From assembly GCA_964016885.1 (NCBI GenBank), contig OZ024754.1, positions 24,490,001 to 24,554,000 on the forward strand: a DNA stretch of 64,000 nucleotides. Reading direction: 5' to 3'. Shown here piece after piece: positions 52,701 to 64,000 of this stretch. Source of the stretch: Eledone cirrhosa. Its lineage: Eukaryota. Both the position numbers and the translations under genes were made by a program. Every line of letters starts with the position of its first letter. Position 1 is the first letter of the stretch. Under the pieces are notes generated by a model. It was not told where the DNA came from, did not search any database, and saw only the letters and a program-made list of their open reading frames with translations.

Positions 52701-55700
52701 TAGGGCTACAGATCTACATATAAAGCTACAGATCTACAGATAAGGCTACAGATCTACAGATAGGTCTACATATCTACAGATAGGGCTACAGATCTACAAA
52801 TAGGCCTACAGATAGGGCTACAGATAGGGCTACAGATATACAGATAATGCTACAGATCTACAGATAAAGATACAGATCTACAGATAAGGCTACAGATCTA
52901 CAGATAGTGACACAGATCTACAGATAGGGCTAAAGATTTACAGATAGGGCTACAGATCTACAGATAGGGCTACAAATCTACAGATAAGGCTACAAATCTT
53001 CAGATAGGGCTACAGATAAGGCTACAGATCTACAGATAAGGCTAGAGATCTACAGATAGGGCTACAGATAAAGCTACAGATCTACAGATAAGGCTACAGA
53101 TCTACAGATAGGTCTACAGATAGGGCTACAGATCTACAAATAGGTCTACAGACAGGGCTTCAGATCTACAGATAAAGCTACAGATCTACAGATAAGGCTA
53201 CATATCTACAGATAAGGCTACAAATCTACAGATAGGGCTACAGATAAGGCTACAGATATACAGATAAGGCTACAGATCTACAGATAGGGCTACAGATAGG
53301 GCTACAGATCTACAGATAAAGCTACAGATCTACAGATAAGGCTACAGATCTACAGATAAGACAACAGATCTATAGATAGGGCTACAGATTTACAGATAGG
53401 GCTACAGATAGGGCTACAGATAGGGCTACAGATAGGGCTACAGATAGGGCTACAGATCTACAGATATAGCTACAAATCTACAGATAAAGCTACAGATCTA
53501 CAGATAAGGCTACAGATACACAGATAAGGCTACAGATATACAGATGAGGCAAAAGATCTACAGATAGGGATAAAGATCTAAAAATAGGGCTACAGATTTA
53601 CAGATACGGCTACAGATCTATAGATAGGGCTGCAGATCGACAGATATGGCTACAAATCTATAGATAAGGCTAAAGAACTACAGATAAAGCTACAGATCTA
53701 CATATATGTCTAAATATCTACAGATAAGGCTACAGATCTACAGATAAGGCTACAGATCTAAAGATAGGTCTACAGATCTACAGATAGGGCTACAGATCTA
53801 CAAATAGGTCTACAGATAGGGCTACAGATAGGGCTACAGATCTACAGATAAGGCTACAGATCTACAGATAAGGCTACAGATAAGGCTACAGATCTACAGA
53901 TTAGGCTACAGATCTACAGATAGGTCTACAGATAAGGCTACATATCTACAGATAAGGCTACAGATAGGGCTACAAATCTACAAATAGGTCTACAAATACG
54001 GCTACAGATCTACAGATAAAGCTACAGATCTACAGATAAGGCTACAGATCTACAGATAAGGCTACAAATTTACAGATAAGGCTACAGATAAGGCTACAGA
54101 TCTACAGATAAGGCTACAGATCTACAGATAAGGCTACAGATCTACAGTTAGGGCTACATATATACAGATAGCTCTACAGATCTACAGATAGGGCTAAAGA
54201 TCTACAGATCTACAGATAAGGCTACAGATGTACAGATATGGCTACAGATCTACAGATAAGGCTACAGATCTACAGGTAAGGCTACAGATCTACAGGTAAG
54301 GCTACAGATCTACAGATATGTCTACAGATCTACAGATAGGGCTACAGATCTACAGATAGGGCTACAGATATACAGGTAGGGCTACAGATTTACAGATAGG
54401 GCTACCGAACTACAGATAGGGCTACAAATCTACAGATAAGGCTACAAATCTACAGATAAGGCTACAGATAAGGCTACAGATCTACAGATAAGACTACAGA
54501 TCTACAGATAGGGCTACAGATAAGGCTACAGATCTACAGATAAGGCTACAGATCTACAGATAGGGCTACAGATAGGGCTACAGATCTACAAATAGGTCTA
54601 CAGATAGGGCTACAGATCTACATATAAAGCTACAGATCTACAGATAAGGCTACAGATCTACAGATAGGTCTACAGATCTACAGATAGGGCTACAGATCTA
54701 CAAATAGGCCTACAGATAGGGCTACAGATAGGGCTACAGATCTACAGATAATGCTACAGATCTACAGATAAAGATACAGATCTACAGGTAAGGCTACAGA
54801 TCTACAGATAGGGATACAGATCTACAGATAGGGCTAAAGATTTACAGATAGGGCTACAGATCTACAGATAGGGCTACAAATCTACAGATAAGGCTACAGA
54901 TCTACAGATAGGGCTACAGATAAAGCTACAGATCTACAGATAAGGCTACAGATCTACAGATAGGTCTACAGATAGGGCTACAGATCTACAAATAGGTCTA
55001 CAGACAGGGCTTCAGATCTACAGATAAAGCTACAGATCTACAGATAAGGCTACATATCTACAGATAAGGCTACAAATCTACAGATAGGGCTACAGATAAG
55101 GCTACAGATATACAGATAAGGCTACAGATCTACAGATAGGGCTACAGATAGGGCTACAGATCTACAGATAAAGCTACAGATCTACAGATAAGGCTACAGA
55201 TCTAGAGATAAGACAACAGATCTATAGATAGGGCTACAGATTTACAGATAGGGCTACAAATCTACAGATAAGGCTACAAATCTACAGATACGGCTATAGA
55301 TAAGGCTACAGATTTACAAATAGTTCTACAGATAGGGCTACAGATAGGGCTACAGATCTACAGATATAGCTACAAATCTACAGATAAAGCTACAGATCTA
55401 CAGATAATGCTACAGATACACAGATAAGGCTACAGATATACAGATGAGGCAACAGATCTACAGATAGGGATAAAGATCTAAAAATAGGGCTACAGATTTA
55501 CAGATACGGCTACAGATCTATAGATAGGGCTGCAGATCGACAGATATGGCTACAAATCTATAGATAAGGCTAAAGAACTACAGATAAAGCTACAGATCTA
55601 CATATATGTCTAACTATCTACAGATAAGGCTACAGATCGACAGATAAGGCTACAGATCTACAGATAGGTCTACAGATCTACAGATAGGGCTACAGATCTA

Positions 55701-58700
55701 CAAATAGGTCTACAGATAGGGCTACAGATAGGGCTACAGATCTACAGATAAGGCTACAGATCTACAGATAAGGCTACAGATCTACAGATAAGGCTACAGA
55801 TAAGGTTACAGATCTACAGATTAGGCTACAGATCTACAGATAGGTCTACAGATAAGGCTACATATCTACAGATAAGGCTACAGATCTACAGATAATGCTA
55901 CAGATCTACAGATAGGGATACATATCTACAGATAGGGCTACAGATTTACAGATTAGGCTACAGATCTACAGATAGGGCTACAAATCTACAGATCAAGCTA
56001 CAAATCTACAGATTCGGCTATAGATAAGGCTACAGATTTACAAATAGTTCTACAGATAGGGCTACAGATAGGGCTACAGATCTACAGATATAGCTACAGA
56101 TCTACAGATAAGGCTACAGATACACAGATAAGGCTACAGATCTACAGATAGGGCTACAGATAAGGCTACAGATCTACAGATAAGGCTACAGATCTACAGA
56201 TAGGGCTACAGATATGGCTACAGATCTACAAATAGGTCTACAGATAGAGCTACAGATCTACATATAAAGTTACAGATCTACAGATAAGGCTACAGATCTA
56301 CAGATAGGGCTACAGATCTACAAATAGGCCTACAGATAGGGCTACAGATAGGGCTACAGATCTACAGATAGGGATACAGATCTACAGATAGGGCTACAGA
56401 TTTACAAATACGGCTACAGATCTACAGATAGGGCTACAAATCTACAGATAAGGCTACGAATCTTCAGATAGGGCTACAGATAAGGCAACAGATCTACAGA
56501 TAAGGCTACAGATCTACAGATAAGTCAACAGATCTACAGATAGGTCTACAGACAGGGCTACAGATCTACAGATAAAGCTACAGATCTACAGATAAGGCTA
56601 CATATCTACAGATAAGCCTACAAATCTACAGATAGGACTACAGATAAGGCTACAGATCTACAGATAAGGCTACAGACCTACAGATAACGCTACAAATCTA
56701 CAGATATGGCTACAGATAAGGCTACAGATCTACAGATAAGGCTACAGATCTACATATAGGTCTACAGATTGGGCTTCAGATAGAGCTGTAGATCTACAGA
56801 TATGGCTACAGATCTACAGGTAGGGCAACAGATATGGCTACAGATATACAGATAAGGCTACAGTTCTACAGATAGGTCTAGAGATAGGGCTACAGATCTA
56901 CAAATAGGTCTACAGATAGGGCTACAGATCTACAGATAAGGCTACAGATATACAGATAAGGTTACAGATCTACAGATAGGGCTACAGATCTACAGATAAG
57001 GCTACAGATCTACAGATAGGGCTACAGATCTGCAGATCTACAGATAAGGCTACAGATCTACATATCGGCTTACAGATCTACAAACAAGGCTACAGATCTA
57101 CAGATGGGGCTACAGATCTACAGAAAGATCTACAGATCTACAGACAAGGCTACAGAACCTCAGATAAGCCTACAGATCTACAGATAAGGCTACAGATCTA
57201 CAGATAGGGCTACAGATCTACAGATAGGGCTACATATCTACAGATAGGGCTAAATATCTACAGATAAGGCTACAGATCTATAGATAAGGCTACAGATCTA
57301 CAGATATGGCTACAGATCTACAGTTGGGGCTATAGATCTACAGTTAGGGCTACAGATCTACAGATAGGGCTACAGATCTACAAATAGGTCTACAGATAGG
57401 GCTACAGATAGGGCTACAGATCTACAGATAAAGCTAAAGATCTACAGATAAGGCTACAAATCTACAGATAAGGCTACAGATCTACAGATAAGGCTACAGA
57501 TCTACAGATCAGGCTACAGATCTACAGATAGGTCTACAGATAAGGCTACAGATCTACAGATAAGGCTACAGATATAAAGATAAGGCTACAGATCTACAGA
57601 TAGGGATACATATCTACAGATAGGGCTACAGATTTATAGATTGGGCTACAGATATACAGATAGAGCTACAAATCTACAGATAAAGCTACAAATCTACAGA
57701 TAGGGCTACAGATAAGTCTACAGATCTACAGATAAGGATACAGATCTACAGATAGGGCTAGAGATAAGGCTACAGATCTACAGATAAGGCTACAGATCTA
57801 CAGATAAGTCTACAGATAGGGCTACAAATCTACAAATAGGTCTACAAATAGGGCTACAGATCTACAGATAAAGCTACAGATCTACAGATAAGGCTACAAA
57901 TCTATAGATAGTGCTACAGATAACCCTACAGATCTACAGATAAGGCTACAGATCTACAGATAAGGCTACAGATCTACAAATAAGGCTACAGATCTACAGT
58001 TAGGGCTACATATATACAGATAGGTCTACATATCTACAGATATGGCTACAGATCTACAGATAAGGCTACAGATGTACAGATAAGGCTACAGATCTACAGA
58101 TAAGGCTACAGATCTACAGGTAAGGCTACAGATCTACAGGTAAGGCTACAGATCTACAGATATGTCTACAGATCTACAGATAGGGCTACAGATCTACAGA
58201 TAGGGCTACAGATCTACAGATAGGGCTACAGATCTACAGATAAGACTACAGATCTACAGATAGGGCTACAGATAAGGCTACAGATCTACAGATAAAGCTA
58301 CAGATCTACAGATAGGGCTACAGATCTACAAATAGGTCTACAGATAGAGCTACAGATCTACATATAAAGTTACAGATCTACAGATAAGGCTACAGATCTA
58401 CAGATAGGTCTACAGATCTACAGATAGGGCTACAGATCTACAAATAGGCCTACAGATAGGGCTACAATAGGGCTACAGATCTACAGATAAAGCTACAGAT
58501 CTACAGTTTAAGATACAGATCTACAGATAAGGCTACAGATCTACAGATAAGGCTACAGATCTACAGATAGGGATACAGATCTACAGATAGGGCTACAGAT
58601 TTACAAATAGGGCTACAGATCTAAAGATAGGGCTACAAATCTACAGATAAGGCTACGAATCTTCAGATAGGGCTACAGATAAGGCTACAGATCTACAGAT

Positions 58701-61700
58701 AAGGCTACAGATCTACAGATAAGTCAACAGATCTACAGATAGGTCTACAGATAGGGCTACAGATCTACATATAAAGCTACAGATCTATAGATAAGGCTAC
58801 ATATCTACAGATAAGGCTACAGATCTACAGATAGGGCTACAGATAAGGCTACAGATCTACAGATAATGCTACAGATCTACATAGAGGTCTACAGATAGGG
58901 CTACAGATAGAGCTGTAGATCTACAGATATGGCTACAGATCTACAGATAGGGTAACAGATATGGCTACAGATCTACAGATAAGGCTACAGATCTACAGAT
59001 AGGTCTAGAGATAGGGCTACAGATCTTCAAATTGGTCTACAGATAGGGCTACAGATCTTCAGATAAGGCTACAGATATACAGATAAGACTACAGATCTAC
59101 AGATAGGGCTACAGATCTACAGATAGGTCTACAGATCTACAGATAAGGCTACAGATCTACAGAGAGGGCTACAGATCTACAGATCTACAGATAAGACTAC
59201 AGATCTACATATCGGCTTACAGATCTACAGACAAGGCTACAGATCTACAGATGGGGCTACAGATCTACAGAAAGATCTACATATCTACAGACAAGGCTAC
59301 AGAACCTCAGATAAGCCTACAGATCTAAAGATAAGGCTACAGATCTACAGATAGGGCTACATATCTACAGATAGGGCTACATATCTACAGATAGGGCTAC
59401 ATATCTACAGATAAGGCTACAGATCTATAGATAAGGCTACAGATCTACAGATATGGCTACAGATCTACAGTTGGGGCTATAGATCTACAGTTAGGTCTAC
59501 AGATCTACAGATAAGGCTACATATCTACAGATAAGGCTACAGGGCTACAGATATAAGGATAAAGCTACAGATCTACAGATAGGGCTGCCGATCTACAGAT
59601 AAGGCTACAGATCTACAGATAGGGCTGCCGATCTACAGATAAGGCTACACATCTACAGATAAAGCTACAAATGGACAGATAAAGCTACAGATCTACAGAT
59701 AGGGCTACAGATCTACAGATAGGGCTACAGAACTACAGATAGGGCTGCAGATCTACAGATATGGCTACAGATCTACAGATAAGGCTAAATAACTACAGAT
59801 AAAGCTACAGATCTACATATATGGCTACAGATCTACAGATAAGGCTACAGATCTACAGATAAGGACTACAGATCTACAGATAGGGCTACAGATCTACAGA
59901 TAGGGCTATAGATCTACAGATAGGGCTACAGATCTACAGATAGGGCTACAGATAAGGCTACAAATCTACAGATAAGACTACAAATCTACAGATAAGGCTA
60001 CAGATCTACAGATAAGCCTACAGATCTACAGATAGGTCTACAGATCTACAGATAAGGCTACATATCTACAGATAAGGCTACAGGCCTACAGATATACATA
60101 TAAAGCTACAGATCTACAGATAGGGCTACATATCTACAAATCTACAGATAAGGCTACAGACCTACAGATAGGGCTGCCGATCTACAGATAAGGCTACAGA
60201 TCTACAGATAGGGCTGCCGATCTACAGATAAGGCTACACATCTACGGATAAAGCTACAAATGGACAGATAAAGCTACAGATCTACAGAGAGGGCTACAGA
60301 TCTACAGATAGGGCTACAGAACTACGGATAGGGCTGCAAATCTACAGATATGGCTACAGATCTATAGATAAGGCTAAATAACTACAGATAAAGCTACAGA
60401 TCTACATATATGGCTACAGATCTACAGATAAGGCTACAGATCTACAGATAAGACTACAGATCTACAGATAGGGCTACAGATCTGCAGATAGGGCTATAGA
60501 TCTACAGATAGGGCTACAGATCTACAGATAGGGCTACAGATAAGGCTACAAATCTACAAATAAGGCTACAGATCTACAGATAAGGCTACAGATCTACAGA
60601 TAGGTCTACAGATAAGGCTACAGATCTACAGATAAGGCTACAGATCTGCAGATAGGTCTACAGATCTACAGATAGGGCTACAGATCTACAAATAGGTCTA
60701 CAGATAGGGCTACAGATAGGGCTACAGATCTACAGATAAGGCTACAGATCTACAGATAAGGCTACAGATAAGGCTACAGATCTACAGATTAGGCTACAGA
60801 TCTACAGATAGGTCTACAGATAAGGCTACAGATCTACAGATAAGGCTACAGATCTACAGATAAGGCTACAGATCTACAGATAGGGATACATATCTACAGA
60901 TAGGGCTACAGATTTACAGATTGGGCTACAGATCTACAGATAGGGCTACAAATCTACAGATCAACCTACAAATCTACAGATAGGGCTACAGATAAGTCTA
61001 CAGATCTACAGATAAGGCTACAGATCTAGAGATAGGGCTACAGATAAGGCTACAGTTCTACAGATAGGTCTACAGATAGGGCTACAAATCTACAAATAGG
61101 TCTACAGATCTACAGATAAAGCTACAGATCTACAGATAAGGCTACAGATCTACAGATAAGGCTAAAAATTTACTGATAGGGCTACAGATAAGGCTACAGA
61201 TCTACAGATAAGGCTACAGATCTGCAGATAAGGCTACAGATCTACAGTTAGGGCTACATATATACAGATAGGTCTACAGATCTACAGATAGGGCTAAAGA
61301 TCTACAGATCTACAGATAAGGCTACAGATGTACAGATACGGCTACAGATCTACAGATAAGTCTACAGATCTACAGGTAAGGCTACAGATCTACAGGTAAG
61401 GCTACAGATCTACAGATATGTCTACAGATCTACAGATAGGGCTACAGATCTACAGATAGGGCTACAGATCTACAGGTAGGGCTACAGATTTACAAATAGG
61501 GCTACAGAACTACAGATAGGGCTACAAATCTACAGATAAGGCTACAAATCTACAGATAAGGCTACAGATAAGGCTACAGATCTACAGATAAGACTACAGA
61601 TCTACAGATAGGGCTACAGATAAGGCTACAGATCTACAGATAAGGCTACAGATCTACAGATAAGGCTACAGATCTACAGATAGGTCTACAGATAGGGCTA

Positions 61701-64000
61701 CAGATATACAAATAGGTCTACAGATAGGGCTACAGATCTACATATAAAGCTACAGATCTACAGATAAGGCTACAGATCTACAGATAGGTCTACAGATCTA
61801 CAGATAGGGCTACAGATCTACAAATAAGCCTACAGATAGGGCTACAGATAGGGCTACAGATTTACAGATAATGCTACTATCTACAGATAAAGATACAGAT
61901 CTACAGATAAGGCTACAGATCTACAGATAAGGCTACAGATCTACAGATAGGGATACAGATCTACAGATAGGGCTAAAGATTTACAGTTAGGGCTACACAT
62001 CTACAGATAGGGCTACAAATCTACAGATAAGGCTACAAATCTTCAGATAGGGCTACAGATAAGGCTACAGATCTACAGATAAGGCTACAGATCTACAGAT
62101 AAGGCTACAGATCTACAGATAGGGCTACAGATAAGGCTACAGATCTACAGATAAGGCTTCAAATCTACAGATAAGGCTACAGATCTACAGATAAGGCTAC
62201 AGATAAGGCTACAGTTCTACAGATCAGGCTACAGATCTACAGATAGGTTTACAGATAAGTCTACAGATCTAAAGATAAGGCTACAGATCTACAGATAGGG
62301 ATACATATCTACAGATAGGGCTACAGATTTACAGATTGGGCTACAGATCTACAGATAAGGCTACAAATCTACAGATAAAGCTACAAATCTACAGATAGGG
62401 CTACAGATAAGTCTACAGATCTACAGATAAGGCTAAAGATCTACAGGTAGGGCTACAGATAAGGCTACAGATCGACAGATAAGGCTACAGATCTACAGAT
62501 AGGGCTACAAATCTACAAATAGGTCTACAAATAGGGCTACAGATCTACAGATAAAGCTACAGATCTACAGATAAGGCTACAGATCTACAGATAAGGCTAC
62601 AAATCTATAGATAGGGCTACAGATAAGGCTACAGATCTACAGATAAGGCTACAGATCTACAGATAAGGCTACAGATCTACAGATAAGGCTACAGATCTAC
62701 AGAAAAGGCTACAGATCTACAGGTAAGGCTACAGATCTACAGATAGGGCTACAGATCTACAGATAGGGCGACAGATCTACAGGTAGGGCTACAGATTTAC
62801 AGATAGGGATACAGAACTACAGATAGGGCTACAAATCTACAGATAAGGTTACAAATCTACAGGTAGGGCTACAGATAAGGCTACAGATCTACAGATAAGA
62901 CTACAGATCTACAGATAGGGCTACAGATAAGGCTACAGATCTACAGATAAGGCTACAGATCTACAGATAGGGCTATAGATAAGGCTACAGATCTACAAAT
63001 AGGTCTACAGATAGAGCTACAGATCTACATATAAAGTTACAGATCTACAGATAAGGCTACAGATCTACAGATAGGTCTACAGATCTACAGATAGGGCTAC
63101 AAATCTACAAATAGGCCTACAGATAGGGCTACAGATAGGGCTACAGATCTACAGATAAAGCAACAGATCTACAGATAAAGATACAGATCTACAGATAAGG
63201 CTACAGATCTACAGATAGGGATACAGATCTACAGATAGGGCTACAGATTTACAAATATGGCTACAGATCTACAGATAGGGCTATAAATCTACAGATAAGG
63301 CTACGAATCTTCAGATAGGGCTACAGATAAGGCAACAGATCTACAGATAAGGCTACAGATCTACAGATAAGTCAACAGATCTACAGATAGGTCTACAGAC
63401 AGGGCTACAGATCTACAGATAAAGCTACAGATCTACAGATAAGGCTACATATCTACAGATAAGGCTACAAATCTACAGATAGGGCTACAGATAAGGCTAC
63501 AGATCTACAGATAAGGCTACAGATCTACAGATAAGGCTAAAAATCTACAGATAGGGCTACAGATAAGGCTACAGATCTACAGATAAGGCTACAGATCTAC
63601 ATATAGGTCTACAGATTGGGCTTCAGATAGAGCTATAGATCTACAGATATGGCTACAGATCTACAGATAGGGCAACAGATATGGCTACAGATCTACAGAT
63701 AAGGCTACAGATCTACAGATAGGTCTAGAGATAGGGCTACAGATCTACAGATAAGGCTACAGATATACAGATAAGGTTACAGATCTACAGATAGGGCTAC
63801 TGATCTACAGATAGGGCTACAGATCTACAGATAAGGCTACAGATCTACAGATAGGGCTACAGATCTACAGATCTACAGATAAGGCTACAGATGTACCTAT
63901 CGGCTTACAGATCTACAGACAAGTCTACAGATCTACAGATGGGGCTACAGATCTACAGAAAGATCTACAGATCTACAGACAAGGCTACAGAACCTCAGAT
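22723..64000 (+). repeat. Satellite array over 41 kb, consensus 20-mer CTACAGAT-CTACAGATA(A/G)GG (8+12 bp subunits)
   Basis: Continuous and single-orientation to the window end. Extra 8-mers and 12-mers are interspersed, most units carry a BglII site (AGATCT), and the track shows no ORFs here. Confidence 0.99.

Noticed and set aside
22723-64000. Satellite as CRISPR array, telomeric repeat or coding repeat
   Set aside because: No unique spacers or cas genes, no TTAGGG-type unit, and frequent TAG/TAA stops leave no ORFs in the track.

Overview
Eukaryotic, gene-free and repeat-rich DNA, most likely from an octopus or related cephalopod (inferred from the tRNA-derived SINE family and the extreme TA/CA microsatellite load). 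No host protein-coding gene is evident; most ORF-track entries are microsatellite or antisense artefacts. Positions 1-22.7 kb hold two SINEs, a decayed near full-length L1/Tx1-clade non-LTR retrotransposon (CCHC ORF1; APE-RT-Zn ORF2) that sits between (ATT)n tracts and carries two different 3' ends, and several Penelope-like element (PLE) remnants. The PLE-type repeats contain at least four well-formed minimal type I hammerhead ribozyme motifs from three sequence families, often in inverted or fold-back layouts next to (TA)n. Positions 22.7-64 kb are one unidirectional satellite built from 8-bp (CTACAGAT) and 12-bp (CTACAGATARGG) subunits, with nested duplications at about 1.36, 1.9 and 14.5 kb. 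All alignments and folds were done by eye.
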